64,000 bases of DNA from assembly GCA_009914755.4 (NCBI GenBank), contig CP068257.2, forward strand, positions 16,064,001 through 16,128,000. The letters are read 5' to 3'. The position numbers and the translations under genes are program-made. Of this stretch, positions 9,653 to 23,440 are shown one piece after another. Every line of letters begins with the position of its first letter. Within the stretch, counting starts at the first letter, position 1. The notes beneath the pieces were generated by a model that worked only from the letters and a program-made list of their open reading frames with translations, ran no database searches and was not told the origin of the DNA. The stretch is from the human T2T-CHM13v2.0 reference genome, Homo sapiens.

Positions 9653-12522
9653 TTTTTTTTTTTTTTTTTTTAAATTTATTTTTTTATTGATAATTCTTGG
9701 GTGTTTCTCACAGAGGGGGATTTGGCAGGGTCATGGGACAATAGTGGAGGGAAGGTCAGCAGATAAACAAGTGAACAAAGGTCTCTGGTTTTCCTAGGCA
9801 GAGGACCCTGCGGCCTTCCGCAGTGTTTGTGTCCCTGATTACTTGAGATTAGGGAGTGGTGATGACTCTTAACGAGCATGCTGCCTTCAAGCATCTGTTT
9901 AACAAAGCACATCTTGCACCGCCCTTAATCCATTTAACCCTGAGTGGACACAGCACATGTTTCAGAGAGCACAGGGTTGGGGGTAAGGTCACAGATCAAC
10001 AGGATCCCAAGGCAGAGGAATTTTTCTTAGTGCAGAACAAAATGAAAAGTCTCCCATGTCTACTTCTTTCTACACAGACACGGCAACCATCCGATTTCTC
10101 AATCTTTTCCCCACCTTTCCCGCCTTTCTATTCCACAAAGCCGCCATTGTCATCCTGGCCCGTTCTCAATGAGCTGTTGGGCACACCTCCCAGACGGGGT
10201 GGTGGCCGGGCAGAGGGGCTCCTCACTTCCCAGTAGGGGCGGCCGGGCAGAGGCGCCCCTCACCTCCCGGATGGGGCTGCTGGCCGGGCAGGGGGGCTGA
10301 CACCCCCCACCTCCCTCCCGGACGGGGCGGCTGGCCGGGCGGGGGGCTGACCCCCCCACCTCCCTCCCGGACGGGGCGGCTGGCCGGGCAGAGGGGCTCC
10401 TCACTTCCCAGTAGGGGCAGCCGGGCAGAGGTGCCCCTCACCTCCCGGACGGGGTGGCTGGCCGGGCAGGGGGGCTGAACCCCCCCCACCTCCCTCCCGG
10501 ACGGGCGGCTGGCCGGGCGGGGGGCTGACCCCCCCACCTCCCTCCCGGACGGGGCGGCTGGCCGGGCAGAGGGGCTCCTCACTTCCCAGTAGGGGCGGCC
10601 GGGCAGAGGTGCCCCTCACCTCCCGGACGGGGCGGCTGGCCGGGCAGGGGGGCTGACCCCCCCCCCACCTCCCTCCCGGACGGGGCGGCTGGCCGGGCGG
10701 GGGGCCGACCCCCCCACCTCCCTCCCGGACGGGGCGGCTGGCCGGGCGGGGGGCCGAGCCCCCCACCTCCCTCCCAGACAGGGCGGCTGGCCGGGCAGGG
10801 GGCTGACCCCCCAACCTCCCTCCCGGACGGGGCGGCTGGCCGGGCAGAGGGGCTCCTCACTTCCCAGTAGGGGCGGCCGGGCAGAGGCGCCCCTCACCTC
10901 CCGGATGGGGCTGCTGGCCGGGCAGGGGGGCTGACCCCCCCCACCTCCCTCCCGGACGGGGTGGCTGGCCGGGCGGGGGGCTGACCCCCCCACCTCCCTC
11001 CCGGACGGGGCGGCTGGCCGGGCAGAGGGGCTCCTCACTTCCCAGTAGGGGCAGCCGGGCAGAGGTGCCCCTCACCTCCCGGACGGGGCGGCTGGCCGGG
11101 CAGGGGGGCTAAACCCCCCCCACCTCCCTCCCGGACGGGGCGGCTGGCCGGGCGGGGGGCCGACCCCCCCACCTCCCTCCCAGACGGGGCGGCTGGCCGG
11201 GCAGGGGGGCTAAACCCCCCCCACCTCCCTCCCGGACGGGCGGCTGGCCGGGCGGGGGGCTGACCCCCCCACCTCCCTCCCGGACGGGGCGGCTGGCCGG
11301 GCAGAGGGGCTCCTCACTTCCCAGTAGGGGCGGCCGGGCAGAGGTGCCCCTCACCTCCCGGACGGGGCGGCTGGCCGGGCAGGGGGGCTGACCCCCCCCC
11401 CACCTCCCTCCCGGACGGGGCGGCTGGCCGGGCGGGGGGCCGACCCCCCCCACCTCCCTCCCGGACGGGGCGGCTGGCCGGGCGGGGGGCCGAGCCCCCC
11501 ACCTCCCTCCCAGACAGGGCGGCTGGCCGGGCGGGGGGCTGACCCCCCAACCTCCCTCCCGGACGGGGCGGCTGGCCGGGCAGAGGGGCTCGTCACTTCC
11601 CAGTAGGGGCGGCCGGGCAGAGGCGCCCCTCACCTCCCAGACGGGGCGGCTGGCCGGGCGGAGGGCTGACCCCCCCACCTCCCTCCCGGACGGGGCGGCT
11701 GGCCAGGCGGGGGGCTGACCCCCCCCACCTCCCTCCCGGACGGGGCGACTGGCCGGGTGGGGGGGCTGACCCCCCCATCTCCCTCCCGGACGGGGTGGCT
11801 GGCCGGGCTGAGGGGCTCCTCACTTCCCAGTAGGGGCAGCCGGGCAGAGGCACCCCTCACCTCCCGGATGGGGCGGCTGGCCAGGCGGGGGGCTGACCCC
11901 CCCACCTCCCTCCCGGACGGCACGGCTGGCCAGGCGGGGGGCTGACCCCCCCACCTCCCTCCCGGATGGGGCGGCTGCCGGGCGGAGACGCTCCTCACTT
12001 CCCAGATGGGGTGGCTGCCGGGCGGAGAGGCTCCTCACTTCTCAGACGGGGCAGCTGCCGGGCGGAGGGGCTCCTCACTTCTCAGACGGGGTGGTTGCCA
12101 GGCAGAGGGTCTCCTCACTTCTCAGACGGGGTCTCGGCCGGGCAGAGGCGCTCCTCACATCCCAGATGGGGCGGCGGGGCAGAGGCACTCCCCACATCTC
12201 AGATGATGGGCGGCCGGGCAGAGACGCTCCTCACTTCCTAGATGTGATGGCGGCTGGGAAGAGGCGCTCCTCACTTCCTAGATGGGATGGCGGCCGGGCG
12301 GAGACGCTCCTCACTTTCCAGACTGGGCAGCCAGGCAGAGGGGCTCCTCACATCCCAGACGATGGGCGGCCAGGCAGAGACACTCCTCACTTCCCAGACG
12401 GGGTGGCGGCCGGGCAGAGGCTGCAATCTCGGCACTTTGGGAGGCCAAGGCAGGCGGCTGCTCCTTGCCCTCGGGCCCCGCGGGGCCCGTCCGCTCCTCC
12501 AGCCGCTGCCTCCCGGGCGGCC
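9653..12522 (-). mobile_element. SVA composite retrotransposon (2870 bp) nested in the L1, with 15-bp TSD gaggtgaaatatttc (9638-9652 and 12523-12537). It has a poly-A tail, a SINE-R module (about 9681-10170), a roughly 2.2-kb VNTR (about 10170-12395) and an Alu-like region. The 5' end is non-canonical (12447-12522: no CCCTCT hexamer, about 75 bp CpG-rich)
   Basis: On the + strand there is a T27 tract followed by the SINE-R antisense sequence (aaatttatttttttattgataattcttgggtgtttctcacagagggggatttggcagggtcatgggacaatagtggagggaaggtcagcagataaacaagtgaacaaaggtctctggttttcctaggcagaggaccctgcggccttccgcagtg ... ccgatttctcaatcttttccccacctttcccgcctttctattccacaaagccgccattgtcatcctggcccgttctcaatgagctgttgggcacacc). 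This is followed by dozens of 35-49-bp GC-rich units (cctccctcccggacggggcggctggccgggcggggggctgaccccccc / ctcctcacttcccagtaggggcggccgggcagagg), then ctgcaatctcggcactttgggaggccaaggcaggcggctgctccttgccctcgggccccgcggggcccgtccgctcctccagccgctgcctcccgggcggcc. The host L1 reading frame (…IKYLGIYLTEEVKYFYKENYKILMKEI…) is restored if the SVA plus one TSD copy is removed. Confidence 0.9.
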
Positions 12523-13986
12523 GAGGTGAAATATTTCTACAAGGAAAACTACAAAATATTGATGAAAGAAATTGTAGACGACACAAGCAAATGGAAAACT
12601 ATCTTATTTAATGGATCAGAAGAATTAGTATCATTAAAATGACCATAATGCCCAAAACAATCTACAGATTTAATGCAATTTCCATCAAAATGCCAACATC
12701 GAGTTTCACAGAATTGGGGAAAAAAATCTTAAAATTTATATGGAACCAAAAAAAATCCCAAATAGTGAAAGCAATCCTAAGCAAAAAGAACGAAGCTGGA
12801 GGCATCACATTAACTGACTTCAAGCTACACAACAAAGCTACAAAAACACCATGGTACTGATACAAAAATAGACACATAGACAAGTGGAACAGAATAGAGA
12901 AGGCAGAAATAAAGCAGCATACCTATAACCAATTGATCTTCAACAAAGTCAACAAAAACAAGCTAATGGAAAAAGGATCCCTATTCAATAAATGATGCTG
13001 GGAAAACTGGCTAGCCATATGCAGAAGAGTGAAACAGGACCCCTATCTCTCATCATAAACAAAAAGCAACTCGAGATGAATCAAAGACATAAATGTAAGA
13101 CTTGAAACTATAAAAATATTAGAAGAAAACCTAGGAAAAACTCTTCTGGACATTAGTCTAGGTAAAGAATTCATTACTAAGACCTCAAAAGCACAAGCAA
13201 CAACAACAAAAATAGAAAAATGGGACTTAATTAACCTAAAAAGCTGCTGCACAGCAAAATAAATAATCAACAGAATGAACAATCTTCAGAATGGGAGAAA
13301 ATATTCACAAACTATGTATCCAACAGGGGACTAATATCCAAAATTTACAAGGAATTCACATGACTCAAGAACAACAAAAAATCCAAGTAATCCCATTAAA
13401 AAGTGGGCAAAAACCATAAAAAGACATGTCTTCTCGAAAGAAGGCATACAAATGGCTAACAAACATATGAAAGAATGCTCATTATATCACTAATCTCAGA
13501 AAAATGCGAATTAAAACCACAATGAGATATCATCTCACACCAATAGGAATAACTATTATTAAAAAGTAAAAAAAAAAAAAAAAAAAGATGTTGGTGAAAA
13601 CGTGAAGAAAAGGGAATGCTTATACACTTCTGGTGGCAATATAAATTAGTATAACAATTATGGAAAATAGTATGAAGAATTCGCAAAGAACTAAAAATAG
13701 AACTACCATTTGATCCAGCAATCACACTACTGGATGTATAACCAAAGGTAAAGAAATAATTATATCAAAAGATACCTACACTCATACTTATCTTAGCACT
13801 GTTCACAATAACATATGAAATCAACCTAAGTGTCCATCAGTCGATAATTAGATAAAGAAAATGTGGTATATACACCCAGCGTAATACTATTCAGTCATAA
13901 AAAGAATGAAATCATGTCTCTTGCAGCAGCAAGGATGGAACTGGAGGCCATTATCCTAAGTGAAGCAATTCACAAATAGAAAGTCA

Positions 13987-14324
<338 letters not shown>

Positions 14325-14541
14325 CTAAATAGTATGTATACATGGACATGGAGTGTGGAACAATAGACATTGGAGACTTGGAATGGTGGGGCGTGGTGGT
14401 GACAGATGAGAAATTACTTATGTACATTATTCAAGTGATGGCTATATTAAAAGCCCAGACTTCAATACTATGTAATATATTCACGTAACAAAACTGCACT
14501 TATACCCCTTAAATTTATAAAAAGAAAAAAATTAGGGCCTA

Positions 14542-14684
14542 CCCTAGTCGAATATGACCTCATCATAACTTGATTACATCTATTGTCTGTTATGTTTCGA
14601 AATAAGGTCACATTCACACGTACCAGGGATTAGGACTTCAACATATGTTTTTGGGAGGCCCACTTCAACTCATAGTAGTCCCCA
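14542..14684 (+). mobile_element. 3' part of the MLT1-like LTR that begins at 6891
   Basis: ccctagtcgaatatgacctcatcataacttgattacatctattgtctgttatgtttcgaaataaggtcacattcacacgtaccagggattaggacttcaacatatgtttttgggaggcccacttcaactcatag matches the MLT1 3' end (...AGGTCACATTC..GGTACTGGGGGTTAGGACTTCAACATAT...GGGGGACACAATTCAACCCATAACA). It is contiguous with 7226 once the L1 and one TSD copy are excised. Confidence 0.6.
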
Positions 14685-15181
14685 TCAACAATTCCAAAGC
14701 CCAAATCATGATCTCACCCTTAAAACTCTGCGTCAAACTTTCCATTCAGTTCATTCATTCATTTATTCAGCATTGCTAGGCTTAATTGTTGGTGCCAAAA
14801 TAAGACAGTGAAAATCAAGAAAAACCATGAAAATCATTTGTGCAAGTCTGAAAGCATTTTATATGTTATCACATCCGCCCATTCCCAAATCCAAACAATT
14901 ATCAAGTCTTGCTGACTTCATTTTTTGAATACGTCTCACATCCATTCCTTTTTTTTTTTTTTTCCAATTCCACCTCTACCTTCATCTCTGGAGTCCAAAT
15001 TCTCATATTCTCCTGCCTGGACATCTGTAATAGCCTTCTAAATGCGAATCACATTTAATTCTCATTCTGTCTAATGAGTTACTACTCTAAGGTTAGATTT
15101 CCTCCTACAACCTCCCTCCCTGCCCAGACTTAAAACACTTCAATGATTTTCCAATATTTTTAGAGTAAAGCCAAACTTGAG

Positions 15182-15310
15182 TTGGGCACAGTGGCACGTG
15201 CCTGTAGTCCCAACTACTTGTGAGGCTGAGTCAGGAGCATATTTTGAGCCCATTCACTTAAGCCCAGGAGTGTCAGGCCATCCTGGGCAACATAACTCAT
15301 CTCTTTAAAA
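15182..15310 (+). mobile_element. Free Alu monomer (FRAM/FLAM-like)
   Basis: gggcacagtggcacgtgcctgtagtcccaactacttgtgaggctgagtcaggagcatattttgagcccattcacttaagcccaggagtgtcaggccatcctgggcaacataactcatctctttaaaaaaaag is a single Alu arm with an A-tail. Confidence 0.7.
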
Positions 15311-15699
15311 AAAAGAATAAAGCCAAACTCCTCAACATGGCTGATGAAACTCTGGGTGGTGGACTTTACCCACTTGTCTAGCCTCGGCTCACACCATACC
15401 CCACCCCTCACTTCCTCAGCTCCAACCACATTGGTCTTCTTTCAGTCTCTCAAATTTTAAAATGTGTACAGATTGCTAGGGAATCTTGTTAAAATGCAGA
15501 TTCTGGTTAAGTCAATCTGGAATTGTGCCTGAGAGTCTGCGTTTCTGATTAGCTCCCACGTGGTACAAAGGTTGATGGTCCAAAACTCTGTTTGAATCCG
15601 AAGGTTTGCCAGTTTCCGTGCTCCCTTGGCATATGCTTTTGCACATGTTCCTGGCTTTCCTCAACACTCTTTCCTCCTCTCTTCACTTGAACCCATTGT

Positions 15700-16475
<776 letters not shown>

Positions 16476-18803
16476 GAATGAATCAGTGGTACCGAGTTCT
16501 TAACAGCCTTTTCTTTTACTAACAGGGTAAAAGGATGATTTAATTAAGTTGCCCTGTGGATGTTTAGACTCTCTATAAGAAAATGGCTTTGGTTTCCCCA
16601 GACTGTTCAGCAGAGATTCTGCTGCTTCTATTCTGGGTTGCTTCTGATGTTGTTAACAACCTTTGCACACACTCTGGGTTTGTTTCTGCCTTGTGGCTGC
16701 TGAGCTCAGATGGTGACCTGGGGTTAATAAAATCATGTCTCTGCAAGCAAGAGAGAGCCTCTCTGGTTATTTCAAATAGCGGGGGCTTGATTGTAAGGTT
16801 GTATGTGGAAATTAGGTAGATGGGATCTTAGCTGGGTAGGCAGTCCACTCAGACAACAGAGCACTACAAGGTTGCCTGGAGTTAAATGCAGCTCTTGAGG
16901 CAGCTCTTGTCACTGTGTCAATATCGCAAGTTGATTGCTCTCTGGTGTCTGGCTCCACCACTAAGACAGCTCAGCTGTTCTTCCTGTCCCTGGATTACTT
17001 GGAGTATCCTTCAATTTCTGTTTTTGCCACTGCTTGTTCTCTCCCAATATGAAGTGCTCGTTCACAGTTTCCATCACTTTCTGGTTTCTGTGGCATCACT
17101 GCATCTGCTGGCTGCCTTCTTAGCTTTTACTCCCTGGTGTCTGCTGCTCGTATTCTCCATATACCTTGCATTCAAATTTTATTGCTTTGTTTAATCACAG
17201 TGTAGTCTTTTTCTGATTCTTACGCCACAAGCCTAGGCCACTAACAGGCCCATATCATCATATTTGCTGCCTATGAGCTTGATGCTCTCCTGGTCCAAGC
17301 AGGTCTGAGAAGGACAGTATGCTTACATGCAGCAGCGTGCTGGAGATCCCCAAGAGATGATTGTTAAATATTTAGGAAATTGATGAGCCCAGTTAAACAG
17401 CTGGTAGCTTGAAATCAGCCAAAGTAGGAAAATTTACACCACAGAAATTGGCAAAGGATATATATGTCGGGGCCCCATTTTTCCCTACAGAGCCAGTTTC
17501 CCAACACATGAATAGAATAAAAAACAAGGCTCCACTCCAAGGAAGCATTCAGAGCCATTTCCCTTGGTTATGTGGTTGCTATTCCAAGGCTTCCCTAATG
17601 GGGCAGTATGATCAGCAAGTCCCTTACATGGCTAGTTCAGTCTAACATGGTCACTCCCAGGACTTCCAAAGTAGACACAGACACCTTTCATTGCTGTTGC
17701 TACCCAATTGCTGCTATACTTATGTTTTAGAATGAGTTTCTTGGGAAACAAAGTCTGAGATGAGAATTTGTGTGCAGAATCTTATTAGGGAGTACTCTTG
17801 GGTTCAACTCTTAGAGGGGAGTGGAGGTACGATTATACAAAGGGAGGAGTTCAGCTGTGATGCAGTCACCAAAAAAGACATCAGGCAATTCCATCAGGAG
17901 GACCAGCCGTTAGATGAGGGCTGAGGGCTGCCTGTCGGAGCAGCTCTCTTCAGAATAGAGTGAGTCCCAGGGAGAAACTCTGGGCGGAGAACCATCAGCC
18001 ACCAACACTCCCAGTGCCTGGGGGAATGAGCGTCTCAGTTTTGAAGGGGAATCTGTACGGCTCATGCATATTCACTTATATGAAGGGAAAAAAGCGTAAG
18101 AGTTATTAAAGTTTCTTTAGAACATATTAAAGTTGTTTTCATTAAGTTCTTGAGCAGGAAAACTTTGATAATTTGACAACAAATCTCTAAGGGTTGTAAT
18201 TCTACTTCTATATCTTTCTGTTTTTCTGAGCCCTCATCTCCTGAAAACATGGTGACCCCAGTTTCCTCACCAGGAGGATCAGAGGACAAAATCACTGACA
18301 TTTCATAGTATCACACTTACCTATCTTAATCTTCCGTGCTTAACTCTGCCCTTCTCTCCACTCAGGGCATTCCTGTCTCCAGCATTAGGTGTAACAGACT
18401 CAGGATTACATAGTGCTTATGCTGCAGACTTTTTCCCTTTACCTTCACATCCCTCCATCCTGGCATTGGTTTTAATGTTTCTCACCCCTCCCTTTCTGGC
18501 AGGCCTCTTGTACTTTTTTGTAGGTTGACTTGCCAAATTACAGATTTGGTCCTTCCAAGAAGTGTGACCTTGGAGAAACCTTGGCAGATATGGCACTTTA
18601 AGGATGGTTACAAGTTCTTTGACTTTCTTTCCATCAGGAGATTGGATGGGGGTGGGACGTCTATGGCCTTTTGCCTTGAAAATGTGTGGCTCAGTGACTG
18701 CTTTAACAGTAGAAAATGGCGGAAATAATATTGTACTACCTGTTGAGCTCAGCCTTTAAGAAATTAGCAGGTTCTATTCTGGTTCTTAGAAAACTTTCTT
18801 TAA

Positions 18804-19029
18804 GAGCCCTAAGCCATGTGAGAAATGCAACTACCTGAGGCCTCATGCCAGAGAGGCCAGCATGGGTGCTCTGGTCCATGGCCCCAGCTGAGCCCAGCCT
18901 GCCAGTCATCCCTGCCAGTGTGCCAGACACGGGCATGAAGCCGCATTGGATCCTCCGCACAACATATCTGCCAGCCAAATACCTGAGCAACCTCAATCAA
19001 TGCCGCATGGAGTGGAAAAATCACCCAGG
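18804..19029 (+). other. Candidate exon in unique, GC-richer sequence, with an acceptor-like site upstream (ttctattctggttcttagaaaactttctttaag|agccc) and a canonical donor downstream (cacccag|gtgagtcctg at 19029/19030). Alternatively it is a first coding exon with ATG at 18845
   Basis: No repeat hallmarks are present. The region has a perfect 9/9 match to the U1 donor consensus CAG|GTGAGT and an open frame 18845-19029 (MPERPAWVLWSMAPAEPSLPVIPASVPDTGMKPHWILRTTYLPAKYLSNLNQCRMEWKNHPG). An in-frame TGA at 18836 excludes read-through from the putative acceptor in that frame. I recognise no protein similarity. Confidence 0.2.
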
Positions 19030-19211
19030 TGAGTCCTGCCTGAATTCCTGATACACAAGATCTTAAGATATAATAAAACAAGTCCCGCTTTAAGCTGCTA
19101 ACATTTGAATTGATCTATTACACAGCAATAAATCATGGAAACATCAGGTACATAGCATTCTAAATCACTGACCAAGATGATGCTGGTATTTTTTTTCTTT
19201 TTCTTTTTCTG

Positions 19212-19481
19212 TTTTTTTTTTTTTTTTTTTTTTTTGGAGACAAAGTCGTGTTTTGTCACCCAGGTTGGAGTGGCATAATCACGACTCACTGCCTCAACTT
19301 CCCAGGTTCAAGTGATCCTCCCACCTCAGCCTCCTAAGTAGCTGAGACTACAGGCACGCACCACTACACCCGGCTAATTTTTGTATGTTTTTGTAGAGAC
19401 AGCGTTTCACCATGTTTCCCAGGCTGGTCTTGATCTCCTGAACTCAAGTGATCCACCTGCCTTGGCCTCCCAACGTGGTGG
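19212..19481 (-). mobile_element. Alu (AluS/J-like), 5'-truncated at the antisense end, with TSD ggtatttt
   Basis: T24 then ggagacaaagtcgtgttttgtcacccaggttggagtggcataatcacgactcactgcctcaacttcccaggttcaagtgatcctcccacctcagcctcctaagtagctgagactacaggcacgcaccactacacccggctaatttttgtatgtttttgtagagacagcgtttcaccatgtttcccaggctggtcttgatctcctgaactcaagtgatccacctgccttggcctcccaacgtggtgg. ggtatttt occurs on both flanks. Confidence 0.85.
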
Positions 19482-21539
19482 TATTTTCTTCATAATTGTT
19501 TAATGAATGCTGCAACTAAGTGTCCCAAAATGTATTGCCAATTTAAATATGTAGTTCAAACTTCACTGAGAAACTAAGAGGCTAAGTTCTCTTTCTGTTA
19601 TCTGCCTGGACATAAAGACGTATGTTTGGAGATGGCAGCCTTTTTTTCTGTTAGATGAGTAGATATGGAGAGTGCCAGGCACTCTTCTTTGTGTTTTCTC
19701 CCCTCTTTTCCCTTTCCCTTGGATTATAGTCCTTTTGATCCAACTTATATATAACCTTATAGAAACGAATAGAGGGTTAAAAGCTGTGGTGTTTGGGGCC
19801 TCCTTCCCTCCTTTCAGAACACAGTGTAATCCTAGGACTTACGCCATTTACCCTTTGGGAGATGTATCTCTCCACAAGGACAGAGGGTTAGATTTTCAAT
19901 TCTTGGGGACAATAAGTTTATTCATTTGAAGCAAAGCTCCAAAAATCTGACCTTGCTAAGAAGATGCTATTATCCGATCTCCTTCCACTGGGGAGAAATC
20001 ACTTTTCAATAAAAAATTTCTATTGTTTTTACAAAGAGAGAATATAATTTTTACTAAATTACAATGAACATGATGTAGACTTTATAGAAGGAAATAGGAT
20101 TGAGAAATTATCCCTAAATGAAATCAGACAATGCACAAAGAGAACATAACTTGTGCATACAGAGGCTTTGTTCCTGTGAGCCTTGCTATTGTAAAATCTC
20201 ACGTAGTCAAAGAAGCAAAGATACTTCAAGCAGAATCCTGAGAATTCTTGTAATTTGCTTTCTAATTCTGCATTCCCTGCCCTTCCCTGGTGTGCTTTTA
20301 GGTAAGCATGGAGAAGATGAATGAACACGCAGGGAAATAGAACAGAAATGTTAACTACACTGTTCACAAGAGTAACTCAATCACACTTTCTTATGTGCAT
20401 TAGAATTATAGAGATGAAGAGGGATTTCATTCCAATCCCTCTTTTACTCATTAGGTAAAAGGAGGCACAGAGAATTTAAATGACTTGTTCAGAATCACAT
20501 AGCCAGTTTTTGTTACATTGGGATTAGAAAACCAGCAATTGTTTGTACTATGACTACATCAACTCCTACTTTAATAACAATATTTATCCTTTCCAGAGTA
20601 TTTGTTGACCTCTATCTAATATAGGGTACTGTGCCAGTCATTGGTTATGAGGAGCTGAATAAGACAGAGACAGCCCTGGCATCATGGAACTTACTCAAAG
20701 CAATCTGGTGGGACAGTAAAAAATGGTACTATTCAATGCGGTATGGTGCTCATAAGATGACAATCAAATTAAACTTTTCTTAGCATAGTCTTACTTATTG
20801 AACTGATGGGACAGCCAGCATAGTTTCCTTTAGGATACTCTGATTCCCTAACATTCTAAGGGGAGAAAATTTACTCTTGGATCCTGCTTTTATTAAAGAA
20901 GTTAGAGATTAAGTTTACAGACTTTTTTCTGTTACTTTGCGGCAAGATCTGTCCTTGTTCTCACAGAAGCCTGGAGGCTGGTTAGTCACTCTCAGTTCTT
21001 CCTGCTAAGGTTGAGTCCTATAAACGCTTGTTAGTCTAATTTAGTTGTCAAGGAGGGCCACTTTTTACCCAGCCTCTTTTGGTTTAAACTCTTTGTCAAG
21101 CAGAACTGATTGAAACAAATAGAAAGGAAGACAAGTTGCTATTTTAATATAGAACATTTTGGTTTGTTAGAATTAGTATCTGGAAAAAGATTCCAGAGCA
21201 ACAGAAAGATGCGACTCAGTTATACTTCCTGCATAAACATCTAAGCAGCAACAATTGAGTAAGAAACACATGTAAAGACAAGATGGGATGGGAATGTATT
21301 AGGATAAGCCACATGGAATTCCCTATATGCAACAATTTTGACCTACAAAAATGGCAGTGTTCTTTAATTCAAATATGTTCTATTGCATGTATCAAAATCA
21401 GTTCGATTTAGTAAATGTTCACGTTTATTTCTGAGCAAGGGCCTTGGGTAATTTTATCTCTGCATGACTCAGTTTCCTTATTTGAAAAGTTGGTATAATA
21501 GATGTTGTTTATTTATTTATTTACTGTTAAAACCAATTC

Positions 21540-21811
<272 letters not shown>

Positions 21812-22528
21812 TTAAATGTGGCAGTGAGAACCGCTTAGGAGATACATGTGGCCTTCTGAAATATGCTGAGTGGGGAACACTGAGCTGTATCACCGCTGTG
21901 CTATAGTTGATTCACTTATTTGGTCCTGTGGGTGCAATCTGCTGTTCTGAACACTAGCCCTTGTACCGTTGTCAATATCTTTGCTGGCCCAGTTCCCCGT
22001 TATGTATCGTGCTGGCTGAAATTTTATCTACCCTTTAAAGTTGATTCCAAATACTACCTGCTCCATAAAACCTTTCTTAAGTCCACCCCCTGCCAGCCTT
22101 GCATGTTGTTTTGAAGTTGGATAACATATTGCAGCAGGCAAAGTAGAAATAGCAATGGGCTGGGGACCACACCAAGCTCCAGTTCTGTGCAAACCAATAG
22201 CATCGGAGCATGTATACTCATAATCAGTTTTTGTTGAATGGCTGCATGACTGACTAAATGGATGAATCGGTTGCCTTGGACGAGAAACTTTTGGAGCCTT
22301 AATATCTTTATCTGTGGAATAAGGTCATTATAAAGAACTTCCTTTCCCTAAAAGTGGTCCTTGAAATACCTGGTTCTTGTTTAATGGTGAGTCTCATCCT
22401 TCTATCGGAACCAGAATCACTGGGGGCCTGAGAATCTGTGTTTAACATATACCGTTGGTGATCATTATACTCAATAAAATTGGAAAAGCATTGAACTGGT
22501 GGTTATCTGTTCAATCAAAGCAATGTGA

Positions 22529-22936
<408 letters not shown>

Positions 22937-23289
22937 TAGTGGGAAAAACCTGAAATACTCCAGGAATATTAGGATTGTCTCCAGGTAGAGTTAAGTTGGG
23001 GCAGAGTGAGAATGACACATATGAATATCATTAATTATTCACATATCCTTCCCCTTTACAGTCAATGATTATGCATTAATTACCTGGTCATCTGGCTAAG
23101 CCAAGCACTGAGGATAAAGGAATGATTTTTGCCATAACCTTTTTATGTAGATGTGGCCTTTATTATTATTCATCCTTGATGATGTCAGCCCCAGAACCAG
23201 GAACAGAAGCCCTCGGATGTAATTGAGTCCTATTTCCAAAATACTCCACTGTCCCACTGTCTTCTTACAGAGTCTGGAACTATGAATTG

Positions 23290-23440
23290 GAACTTCTTGC
23301 CTGCCTGCCTGCCTGCCTGCCTGCTTTCTTTCCTCCCTCCCTCCCTCCCTCCCTCCCTCCCTCCCTCCCTCCCTCCCTTCCTTCCTTCCTTCCTTCCTTC
23401 CTTCCTTCCTTCCTCCCTTTCTTTCTTTCTTTTTTTCTGA
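23290..23440. repeat. Compound tetranucleotide microsatellite (GCCT)6-(CCCT)n-(CCTT)n-(CTTT)n adjoining the tail side of an antisense Alu fragment
   Basis: ctgcctgcctgcctgcctgcctgctttctttcctccctccctccctccctccctccctccctccctccctcccttccttccttccttccttccttccttccttcctccctttctttctttc. Confidence 0.95.

Noticed and set aside
10170-12400. Regularly spaced direct repeats with short variable segments between them, superficially CRISPR-like
   Set aside because: The sequence is primate and the units are the known SVA VNTR motif family (cctccctcccggacggggcggctggccgggcgggggg... / ctcctcacttcccagtaggggcggccgggcagagg). The spacers are not unique (they are variants of the same motif) and the array lies inside a retrotransposon with a TSD.
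10150-12642. A stack of long overlapping ORFs on both strands (up to 189 aa, Pro/Gly/Arg/Ala-rich: ...PASRPVREGGGG...GQPPRPGGRWG...) that could look like a novel low-complexity protein family
   Set aside because: They are translations of the SVA VNTR (35-49-bp GC-rich tandem units), which keeps frames open by composition. They have no start context, sit in an element with poly-A, SINE-R and TSDs, and are frame-shifted copies of one another.
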